Positions 1 through 7,370 of a stretch of 24,000 bases of DNA are shown one piece after another. Each line of letters opens with the position of its first letter. Within the stretch, counting starts at the first letter, position 1. Source of the DNA: Nitrospirota bacterium (GTDB taxonomy: Bacteria > Nitrospirota > Thermodesulfovibrionia > Thermodesulfovibrionales > UBA6898); contig JACRHC010000072.1 of the NCBI GenBank assembly GCA_016217675.1, forward strand, positions 1,742 to 25,741, read 5' to 3'. The notes under the pieces were generated by a model, which saw only the letters and a list, made by a program, of their open reading frames with translations, did not search any database and was not told where the DNA came from. Position numbers and translations under genes: made by a program.

Positions 1-1357
1 TTCCCATGGAATTGAGCTTGCGGCGGAGGGTGCTGTAATCGATTCCAAGTATTCTGGCAGCCTTGCTCTTATTGCCGCCCACGGACTTTAAGACATCCGC
101 AATATGAAGCCGTTCAAGATCAAAAAGTGTAAGATTTTTGGGATATGCTGCAGCGCTCTCCGGCAGTGCTTCGCTTTCAGTTTTGATCTCATCAGGCAGG
201 TACTCCGTGCTGATGAAATCATCATCAGTCATCGTAATAGCCCTTTCAATAACATTCTCAAGCTCTCTCACATTTCCTTCCCATTTATATCGTTTTAGTA
301 GCTCTTCAGCATCTTTGTTTATGCCTGAGATATTCCTCTCCATTTTGGAAGAGAATTTCCTGATAAAATGTCTGATGAGAAGCGGGATGTCTTCTTTTCT
401 TTCCCTCAAGGGCGGGATCTCGATGGGGATGACATTCAACCGGTAATAAAGGTCTTTTCTGAAGGCTCCCCTGTCCACAGCATCTTTAAGATATTCATTC
501 GTAGCTGCAATAACCCTGACTTCAACACCTATAGTCTCTTTACCCCCGAGTCGCATAAAGGTTCTCTCCTGCAAAAACCTGAGCAGCTTTACCTGCATCA
601 TCGGGCTTATGCTGCTGACCTCATCGAGAAATACCGTACCTCCGTCAGCTGCCTCAAACAGGCCTGTCTTTCTGTTTACTGCACCAGTGAATGCACCCTT
701 TTCGTAACCGAACAACTCGGACTCCAGAAGATCATCAGGCAGTGCGCCACAATTGATGGCTATGAAGGGCCTCTGTGCCCTTTTGCTGCCATAATGGATT
801 GCTCGTGCAACAAGCTCCTTGCCTGCACCGCTTTCTCCTATGATCAGGACCGTTCCGTCCGTGTCCTTGACCTTTTCGATCATGCTGAATACCTGGCGCA
901 TAGCAAGGCTTGAGCCTATGATCTCGCCTGAGCCCGGCAATCCTTCCAGCTGTCTCTTCAGGCCTATGTTTTCGAGCTTCAGACTTCGTGTTTCAGCAGC
1001 CCGCCTGACAACAATCGCTATATGCTCGGGGTCAAAGGGCTTCGGAATAAAATCATACGCACCTGATCGTATGGCTTTGACAGCAGATTCGACAGATGAA
1101 TAGGCCGTGATCACGATTACGAATATATTTCTGTCAACCTTGTGCGCCTCCTCGATCACCCGGAAGCCGTCAATGTCCGGCAGCATGAGGTCGGTTATTA
1201 CAATATCGACAGGCTCACCGCTGCCAAGTCTTTCTATTGCAGCAGAAGCATTACTGAAGGTCTCAACAACGCAGCTCTCCGGTTCAAGAGACCTCCTGAT
1301 TATCTTCAGCATGGTCTCTTCGTCATCTATGGCTACTACATTAAGCGGCCTATCCAT
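1..1357 (-). CDS. sigma-54-dependent response regulator (NtrC/AtoC type: receiver + AAA+ + Fis-type HTH); C-terminal end runs off the left edge
   Basis: Absent from the ORF track because there is no stop inside the window. My reverse-complement translation from ATG 1357..1355 gives MDRPLNVVAIDDEETMLKII...ITDLMLPDIDGF (receiver). It continues with GESGAGKE (Walker A), YEKGAFTGA (GAFTGA sigma-54 contact loop) and ...GGNKSKAARILGIDYSTLRRKLNSMG (HTH), reaching base 2. The ATG overlaps the stop of the upstream kinase by 8 nt. Confidence 0.9.
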   Translation of the reverse strand, partial: MDRPLNVVAIDDEETMLKIIRRSLEPESCVVETFSNASAAIERLGSGEPVDIVITDLMLPDIDGFRVIEEAHKVDRNIFVIVITAYSSVESAVKAIRSGAYDFIPKPFDPEHIAIVVRRAAETRSLKLENIGLKRQLEGLPGSGEIIGSSLAMRQVFSMIEKVKDTDGTVLIIGESGAGKELVARAIHYGSKRAQRPFIAINCGALPDDLLESELFGYEKGAFTGAVNRKTGLFEAADGGTVFLDEVSSISPMMQVKLLRFLQERTFMRLGGKETIGVEVRVIAATNEYLKDAVDRGAFRKDLYYRLNVIPIEIPPLRERKEDIPLLIRHFIRKFSSKMERNISGINKDAEELLKRYKWEGNVRELENVIERAITMTDDDFISTEYLPDEIKTESEALPESAAAYPKNLTLFDLERLHIADVLKSVGGNKSKAARILGIDYSTLRRKLNSMG

Positions 1358-3080
1358 TTTCTTCTCCCATGGGAAGCCTGATCCTGAAGGTGCTTCCCTG
1401 TTCTTTTCCGCTCTCTGCAAAGATCTCGCCTCCGTGGTTCTGAACTATGCCGTAACTTATTGCAAGTCCAAGGCCAGTGCCTTCACCCACTGCCTTTGTC
1501 GTAAAGAAAGGATAGAATATTTTGTCTTTGATCTCATCGGCAATTCCGATGCCGTTATCCGATATCGATATCTCGGCCATATTGTCGCTTGAGACGGAGG
1601 TCCTGATTATTATGTTTCCTGACGATTCGATGGACTGAATCGCATTAAATAGGATATTGCTCAGAACCTGGCTCAACTGGAGGGGATCAACACGGATATC
1701 CTGAAGTCCTGGATCAATCTCCCTGATGATCTCGATTTGTTTTGAGTTGGCCTGATTCATTACAGTTTTAATTGCACCGTCAATAAGAAAGGTCAGCGAT
1801 GTCATCTCTTTCTTCGGGGGGGACTGCCGGGAATATACAAGTAGATCCTTGATTATGTTTGCGCACCTGCCTGAATCCTTGATGATTGATTCAAGGTCCT
1901 CCCGCGCAGCAGTGTCTTCGGTATTTTTCAGTCTGAGCTTGGCAATGCCGATCACATTGCCTATGGGGTTATTAATCTCATGTGCAATGCCTGCGGCAAA
2001 CTTGCCTATGGCTGCAAGACGTTCTGACTGGTAAAGGCGCTCCTCCATGCTCCTCATTTTTTCGAGGTTCGCAGCCATTCTGTTAAACCCCTCTGAAAGC
2101 TCTCCGATCTCATCCTTTGATACAACCACGATCCTGTGGCCGAACTCGCCCTTCCCGATTCTTTCAGCCCCTTCTCTGAGCTTCACCACTGGCCGCAGCA
2201 CTCTGTTGAGGACAAGAAACAGAACAAAGACCGAACCGGCGGATATAGTCAGAATAAAAATCAGAAGAGTCAGATGCGTTTTCGCAATTATCCCCGGCAG
2301 TCTGTCTTCCTGAATGATCATAACGTTTCCGATTGCTGCATTGGTCATATCAGTGAGCGGGAACTTTATAAGCAGCCTGCCGGACAGGTCTTTCTCTGAA
2401 AGAGTCTTGCGATCCGTTTTCCCCTGAGCCTGCAGTGTAGAAGATATGACACTGCCTGTGGAATCGACAATAACAAGATCGGTGTTGCTCAACTGTTTTA
2501 TCTTGGCCAGCAGGGTGTCATCAAGCAGTATACCGGCAGTGATCGTGCCTATAAGTTGATTCTCATTGTAAAGGATCGGCGCAGATGCCTTAATAATGAA
2601 CCCCTGCTTCGCAAGCACAATGCCGGACATCACCTTGCCCTGAAGGACACTTTTTATGAGGGGGTCCTGTGATCTGTCGTCGCTATATCGCTCAGGCGCT
2701 TCGGCAACAGCAACGACGCGGCCCCGAATATCGCCGATCTCTATAGTGCTGACATCAAACGACTTGAACAAACGGGTTATAGCTCTCAACGGGTGTTCGC
2801 GTTCACCGGAAAGCTCGGTGTGATAAAAGAGGCTGTCCTTTATCTCTCTGTCATTGCTGAAAAGCTTTGTGTAATTTGTGACCTTGCTTTGGTAGTCGTC
2901 AAAGAGTTTTGTTACGAGATTCTTCACGCTCTCCAGATTGGTCTGCTGCTGTTTGAGAAGGGCGTCTCTGACAACATAAGAAACGACGGGAAGAATTGTG
3001 ACTGTGACGAGCAGGATGGTAACAACAATGATCGAGATGATCTTATATCTGATCGAAAGTCTATTCCATAGATTCTTCAT
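1350..3080 (-). CDS. membrane sensor histidine kinase (large extracytoplasmic sensor domain, HAMP, HisKA, HATPase)
   Basis: 576-aa ORF. It has an N-terminal TM helix (IISIIVVTILLVTVTILPVV), a ~240-aa extracytoplasmic segment and a second TM helix (LTLLIFILTISAGSVFVLFLVL). The H-box is AAGIAHEINNPIGNV. ATP-binding boxes are LFNAIQS, DNGIGI and GTGLGL. Confidence 0.9.
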   Translation of the reverse strand: MKNLWNRLSIRYKIISIIVVTILLVTVTILPVVSYVVRDALLKQQQTNLESVKNLVTKLFDDYQSKVTNYTKLFSNDREIKDSLFYHTELSGEREHPLRAITRLFKSFDVSTIEIGDIRGRVVAVAEAPERYSDDRSQDPLIKSVLQGKVMSGIVLAKQGFIIKASAPILYNENQLIGTITAGILLDDTLLAKIKQLSNTDLVIVDSTGSVISSTLQAQGKTDRKTLSEKDLSGRLLIKFPLTDMTNAAIGNVMIIQEDRLPGIIAKTHLTLLIFILTISAGSVFVLFLVLNRVLRPVVKLREGAERIGKGEFGHRIVVVSKDEIGELSEGFNRMAANLEKMRSMEERLYQSERLAAIGKFAAGIAHEINNPIGNVIGIAKLRLKNTEDTAAREDLESIIKDSGRCANIIKDLLVYSRQSPPKKEMTSLTFLIDGAIKTVMNQANSKQIEIIREIDPGLQDIRVDPLQLSQVLSNILFNAIQSIESSGNIIIRTSVSSDNMAEISISDNGIGIADEIKDKIFYPFFTTKAVGEGTGLGLAISYGIVQNHGGEIFAESGKEQGSTFRIRLPMGEENG

Positions 3081-3088
3081 TCAATCCT

Positions 3089-3892
3089 TTATTTCGCCTT
3101 GGCAAAATTACGTCTGATGATGGCCTGCCCCTCTTCGCCCAGGACAAAATCCATAAATTTCTTTGTGAGCCCATCCGGCTGGCCCTTCGTTATGATATAA
3201 AGGTCGCCTTTCAGGGGATATAAGCCTTTCTCGGTATTTTCAGGAGTGGCAGCGATCTTGTCCACGCTCACTATCTTCACCTTTGCCTCTTGTGCGAAGA
3301 CCCTTGGAGCGATACCTATTGCACCAGGAAACTTTTCCACATATTCGACAACCTCTTTATCTGTTTTTACGACAATCGCTTTTTTCGCAACAGGTCCATT
3401 TATACCAAGGACCTTACGTACCGGCTCCTCCATATCCCTGCAGTGATCCCTGAAGACCAGGGCAATCGGCTTGTCCTGTCCTCCGACCTGCTTCCAGTTG
3501 GTGATCTTACCATTATGAATATCTGATACCTGCTTCAGGGTAAGGTTGCCCAGAGGATTCTTTGAGTGCAGCATGACCGCCTTGATATCAACTGCAACCT
3601 TATGCTGAACCAGATTAAGTTTCCTGGCCTTCTCAGGCGCCAGAGGGCAGCAAAGACCGCCCATCTCATGCTCGCCTTTCACGACAACAGCAATCCCGTC
3701 TGCACACCCGCCGCCTTTCACGAAGACCTTCAAGCCATACTTTTTCTCAAATGCTCTTGCCAGGTCTTCAAGTGCACCGTGGGTGAGGATATGAGTACCC
3801 TGATAGCCTATGTCTGACGATGGGGATGAAATGCCGGCTGAAGGAAAGATGCTGACTATGCAAGCCAGTGTCAATATTAATAAGAGTCTCAT
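3089..3892 (-). CDS. periplasmic PstS-fold (PBP_like_2-type) binding protein with Cys-substituted ligand pocket; probable co-sensor of the adjacent kinase
   Basis: Track ORF 3089..3928. The second Met (ATG 3892..3890) gives a clean signal peptide MRLLLILTLACIVSIFPSAG; 3928 is an alternative start. The block LTLKQVSDIHNGKITNWKQVGGQDKPI is the hallmark I associate with PstS-like binding proteins. No ABC permease or ATPase genes are adjacent; the kinase starts 9 nt downstream. Confidence 0.75.
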   Translation of the reverse strand: MRLLLILTLACIVSIFPSAGISSPSSDIGYQGTHILTHGALEDLARAFEKKYGLKVFVKGGGCADGIAVVVKGEHEMGGLCCPLAPEKARKLNLVQHKVAVDIKAVMLHSKNPLGNLTLKQVSDIHNGKITNWKQVGGQDKPIALVFRDHCRDMEEPVRKVLGINGPVAKKAIVVKTDKEVVEYVEKFPGAIGIAPRVFAQEAKVKIVSVDKIAATPENTEKGLYPLKGDLYIITKGQPDGLTKKFMDFVLGEEGQAIIRRNFAKAK

Positions 3893-4011
3893 TGTTTGTA
3901 TTATAAAAACTGCCGGCAATATTTGCATGTAATCTTTTCATAGCAAGATGAAAAGTGCTTCACTAAACCGGCTTTCCTATCAGCGCTCTGGCTATCGTGT
4001 ATTCATGCAGC

Positions 4012-4026
4012 GCTTATATCCTGCCA
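4012..4026 (-). promoter_or_regulatory. weak sigma-54-type -24/-12 candidate upstream of the binding-protein/kinase/activator cassette
   Basis: The minus strand reads TGGCAG-gatat-AAGC. GG and GC are spaced exactly as in the consensus TGGCAC-N5-TTGC. The site sits between the upstream hairpin terminator and the 3892/3928 start. The -12 box is degenerate. Confidence 0.3.
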
Positions 4027-4028
4027 AA

Positions 4029-4068
4029 CAATAAGCAGGGGAAGGCAAACACCTTCTCCTGCTTATTG
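4029..4068 (-). terminator. intrinsic-terminator-like hairpin after the rhodanese operon
   Basis: Minus-strand RNA: CAAUAAGCAGGAGAAGG-UGUUUG-CCUUCCCCUGCUUAUUG. That is a 17-bp stem with one A-C mismatch, followed by UUUGG. It begins ~92 nt after the stop at 4161. The U-tract is short. Confidence 0.6.
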
Positions 4069-4160
4069 TCACGGCCGACTGATCACATTATGTGCGCTAT
4101 TTTCGTTCTAACTGAAATTCGCATCGGCAAATCGATACGACAAACATTGCTTTAACTATC

Positions 4161-5591
4161 TCAAACTCCCTCCTTGCCTTTATTTCCACCAGTCAACACA
4201 CTCTGTCGTCCCTTCTGGTAAGCCCCTTCCTGCAGCACACCCTTGCTGAAATCTTTTATGTGGCCGTCTACCCACCGAACGTCCTTAAAGCCGTTGTCCA
4301 TGAGTTGCCTGTACACCATCAGCGCCCGGTTGCCGGCCTCGCACTGCAAGACTATTTTCTTGTCTCTGGGCAGTTCAATCCAGCGTCTGTTCATTGTTTC
4401 GATAGGGATCGTCAATGCCCCAGGTACCATGCTCTTCATGTATTCAACAGGACTTCTGACATCCACAATGATGGTATTCTCAGGCTTATTGGCGATCAAT
4501 TTCTCATATTCATCGATATACATGGCGCCGGGCAGTGGAGTCTTCTTGTAGGCAATTTTAGTCTGCAGCTTATTGTTCTCCAGAGGGTATCCTTTTGCCT
4601 TCCATGTATCTATGCCGCCGTTCAGAATATATCCGTCTTCCCATCCGTTAATGCGCATTATTTTATGCGCCTGAAGAGCCTCCTCAGGGTTGTCTGAATA
4701 GTAGATTATTCTCGCCTTCTTGTCTGAGGGCAGGGCCTTATTCAGTTCCTTCATTGCTGTTAGCGGATCTTTGCCCAGTGGATAATTGACCGCGCCTCTG
4801 ATATGCGCTTGACGCGCCTTCTCAGGACTTCTCAGATCAACCAAAATATGGGATATGCCCTCGTCAAGCGCCATCTTCAGGAATTCAGGTTCCGTGTAGT
4901 AGGGGTTTATGTCTGCCTGCCATATCATATGACCTGAAACCATGTACTTTACGTTTTTGTAGCCGTACACTTCCTTTGCCAACCTGGCAAAGTGGGGGCT
5001 CATGCCTCAAGAGGCTCCCCGGCAGTAGGCCACTATCAGGGTATTTTTGTCCGCAGGCATGCGGTCCTTGAATGCCTGGAACTGGTAGTGGGGCATCAGT
5101 ACAGCGCCGGGCAGATGTCCTTCAATAAAGTTGTCATATCCCCGGGAATCGAAGATGACATAGTTCGCAACCTTGGGGTCTTTCTTCAGAAGCTCGACCA
5201 CTTCGCTGACGGAGATGACATCGTCAGGATTTTTGAAACCGTAGTTTGACTTGTAACTTAATTCCTCGGCGTAAACCTGACCGTTGTCTTCAGTCCTGAA
5301 CCTGACCTTGACCGCTTTTTCATCAGGCAGATCCTTGACTGTTGCAACCTTGTTCAGCTTCGAATTCTTGTCATAGCGCACAGACCAGATGTCTTTTCCA
5401 GCCTGAACCTGAAATGAATCGTTTTTTTGAGAGCCCGGGACAAGAGTCCCCCTGATGGTCTGACTTTCATTCTTGTGGCACTCGGCACAAATAGCGCTGA
5501 TGCGCTCCTTGCCGTTGTCAGCTGATGCGGTCCCGGCAGCAATTAGCATTACTGCTGTCAGCAGACTTGTGAATAATCTTTTTCTTTTCAT
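4161..5591 (-). CDS. secreted CxxCH-domain / triple-rhodanese sulfurtransferase with in-frame TGA (5009..5007) read as candidate selenocysteine, 476 codons
   Basis: Track ORFs 5007..5675 and 4161..5003 are in the same frame, separated only by TGA plus one Gly codon. The start is taken at ATG 5591..5589 (MKRKRLFTSLLTAVMLIAAGTASA signal peptide), 7 nt after AAAGGAGA. A CAECH motif follows. Rhodanese domain 1 straddles the TGA: ...LIVAYCRGAS-TGA-GMSPHFARLAKEVYGYKNVKYMVSGHMIW. Domain 2 lacks Cys (YYSDNPEEA). Domain 3 has the loop CEAGNRA. Confidence 0.65.
4961..5000 (-). promoter_or_regulatory. SECIS-like stem-loop immediately 3' of the in-frame TGA
   Basis: mRNA: UGA GGC AUG AGC CCC CAC UUU GCC AGG UUG GCA AAG GAA GUG UAC GGC U. 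The upper stem CUUUGCC/GGCAAAG is 7 perfect bp (plus-strand 4974..4992). The apical loop AGGUU begins at nt 25, counting the U of UGA as 1. A lower stem AGCC/GGCU lies across an internal loop. Confidence 0.5.
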
Positions 5592-5614
5592 GCACTGTCT
5601 CCTTTCTTGGTTTA

Positions 5615-5851
5615 TTATTTCTTCTCTGTATACCAGACCTGGTCTTCTGCAGGCAGTGAAAGCAGGGTTGCCCATTCGAGCCAGGAGCCGTCATAGACCT
5701 TGTTAGCCTTTTCAGGGACTTCAACGATGCGGATACTCTTGTTGTCGAGGTTTTTCTTGAGCCAGTCTGCGTCCACAAGAGATATTGCCCAGCCTGCAGA
5801 AGCCCAGAGTAAGACGACGAGACAGCTGATCCAGAATGTTTTTTGTTTCAT
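5615..5851 (-). CDS. small secreted protein made of only the first and last segments of a rhodanese domain (no active-site loop)
   Basis: 78-aa ORF with signal peptide MKQKTFWISCLVVLLWASAGWA. It continues LVDADWLKKNLDNKSIRIVEV (typical rhodanese N-terminal strand) joined directly to KVYDGSWLEW (typical rhodanese C-terminal motif). SD AAGGAGG lies 5 nt before the ATG. Confidence 0.55.
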   Translation of the reverse strand: MKQKTFWISCLVVLLWASAGWAISLVDADWLKKNLDNKSIRIVEVPEKANKVYDGSWLEWATLLSLPAEDQVWYTEKK

Positions 5852-5877
5852 ATGCGCCTCCTTTTGGGAGGAGTTAT

Positions 5878-5894
5878 TTCAAGAGTCGTGCCAG
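5878..5894 (-). promoter_or_regulatory. sigma-54-type promoter candidate for the rhodanese operon
   Basis: Minus strand: tcaCTGGCACGactcTTGAAataactcctcccaaAAGGAGGcgcatATG. The -24 box is a perfect CTGGCACG. The -12 box is TTGA (consensus TTGC) at the exact N5 spacing. The predicted start leaves a ~15-20 nt leader containing the SD. Confidence 0.5.
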
Positions 5895-5979
5895 TGAGGT
5901 AGCGCAAAGAAATTGGCGCAAATTCAAGTCGTTAGTAGAAAATAGAGGCGGCTTGTGAGACTGTTGGTGAGAGTCAGGA

Positions 5980-6011
5980 ACTGCAAAATGCAATGACACT
6001 GCAAAATGCAA
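5980..6011 (-). promoter_or_regulatory. direct-repeat pair, candidate enhancer (UAS) for a sigma-54 activator
   Basis: The 14-nt unit ACTGCAAAATGCAA occurs twice (5980..5993 and 5998..6011, 18-bp period). Each unit contains two TGCAA half-sites 7 bp apart. The pair lies ~90-120 bp upstream of the -24 box and directly after the stop of the activator gene at 6033. Confidence 0.4.
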
Positions 6012-6032
6012 GGTAACAAAGAAAGAGACGGA

Positions 6033-7370
6033 CTATTCCAGATCGTACTTCTTCAGTTTTCTCCAGAGTGTGGTGACATCAATGCCCAGAGCCTCAGCTG
6101 CCCTGTTTTTTTGTCCATCAAGAAGCCTCAGGGTTCTCTGGATAAGAAATTTCTCCATTTCATCGATCGTCATAAGCCCTATATGAGAAAGGGGATCATG
6201 AAGCTCCTTTTCCATATCAGGAGGAAGTGAATGGACAGTGATCATTGCTGACTGCTCCATAATCACCGCCCTTTCTACTGCGTTTTCAAGCTCCCTGACA
6301 TTGCCGGGCCACGGGTAGGCATTGAATACCTCTAATACTTCAGTAGCGAATGCCCGGATTTCCTTGGTGAATTTCTTTCCGTATTTATTCAGAAAGTGAT
6401 ACGCAAGCAGCGGGATGTCATCTTTTCGGTCTCTGAGTGACGGGATGGCCAGCACAACCACATTCAGCCGGTAGAAGAGGTCTTTTCTGAACCTGCTGTC
6501 AGCCACTTCTTTCTGAAGATCGGCATTAGAGGCTGCTACTATCCTGACATTTACCGGTATGGGCCTCGCAGCGCCGACCCTCATGATAGTCTGCTCCTGA
6601 AGCACACGCAGGAGCTTTACCTGCATTGCAGGCGACGTTGCATTGATCTCATCGAGAAAGATCGTACCCTTGCTTGCTGTTTCGAAAAGCCCCTTCTTTT
6701 CAGCAACCGCACCGGTAAAGGCGCCCTTTTCGTGGCCGAAAAGTTCTGACTCAAGGAGTGTTTCCGAAAGGGCTCCGCAATTTACAGGCAGAAACAGATT
6801 GCCGGATCTTGAGCTCTGCCTGTGGATCAGCCGTGCGATCAGCTCCTTGCCTGTGCCTGTTTCCCCCTGTATCAGGATGGTCGTGTCAAGTGGTGCGACC
6901 TTGTCGATAAGCTGCCTGACCGACATCATGCCCTGGCTCGAACCGATGATATCATCCTCCTGATAGCTTCTGACCTCTGCTGACAACCTTCTGTTTTCGT
7001 CCAGCAGATCATGGTGCTCAAGAGCCCTCTTTACCAGGAGCAGGAGATGGTCCGGATCAAAGGGCTTCTGAATATAGTCGTACGCCCCCTTTCTGATGGC
7101 CTCTATTGCAGACTCTACTGTGCCATGGGCTGTGACCATGACCACCAGTGCTTCAGGGTTTATATCTTTTGCATAGGCAAGTACTTCGAGGCCGCTTACA
7201 TGGGGCATTTTGAGGTCTGTGATAACAATATCAAAGGCCCTCTCTTTCAGCATCATAAGGGCCTCTCTTCCGTCACCCGTTGAATAGACAGTAAATCCCT
7301 CTGTCCTGAGCAGTTCTTCTATCAGTTGCCGCATTCTCAGGTCGTCGTCAACAACGAGTATCTCAGCCAT
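6033..7370 (-). CDS. sigma-54-dependent response regulator (NtrC/AtoC type)
   Basis: Track ORF 6033..7436. I place the start at ATG 7370..7368 (MAEILVVDDD...), which overlaps the kinase stop by 8 nt exactly as in the other cassette. Motifs: receiver (VITDLKMPHVSG), Walker A GETGTGKE, HEKGAFTGA, and C-terminal HTH GQKNRAAEALGIDVTTLWRKLKKY. Confidence 0.92.
   Translation of the reverse strand: MAEILVVDDDLRMRQLIEELLRTEGFTVYSTGDGREALMMLKERAFDIVITDLKMPHVSGLEVLAYAKDINPEALVVMVTAHGTVESAIEAIRKGAYDYIQKPFDPDHLLLLVKRALEHHDLLDENRRLSAEVRSYQEDDIIGSSQGMMSVRQLIDKVAPLDTTILIQGETGTGKELIARLIHRQSSRSGNLFLPVNCGALSETLLESELFGHEKGAFTGAVAEKKGLFETASKGTIFLDEINATSPAMQVKLLRVLQEQTIMRVGAARPIPVNVRIVAASNADLQKEVADSRFRKDLFYRLNVVVLAIPSLRDRKDDIPLLAYHFLNKYGKKFTKEIRAFATEVLEVFNAYPWPGNVRELENAVERAVIMEQSAMITVHSLPPDMEKELHDPLSHIGLMTIDEMEKFLIQRTLRLLDGQKNRAAEALGIDVTTLWRKLKKYDLE

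Noticed and set aside
5007-5009. Reading the TGA as a normal stop, giving two separate genes (5007..5675 and 4161..5003)
   Set aside because: This would end the first protein inside a rhodanese active-site loop. It would start the second with the remaining helix of the same domain, with only 3 nt between and no SD. It is kept as the null hypothesis (nonsense mutation or pseudogene) if the genome has no Sec machinery.
5354-5778. Minus-strand ORFs 5354..5542 and 5518..5778
   Set aside because: They are out-of-frame overlaps with the rhodanese genes, and their products are Arg/Ser-rich and motif-free.
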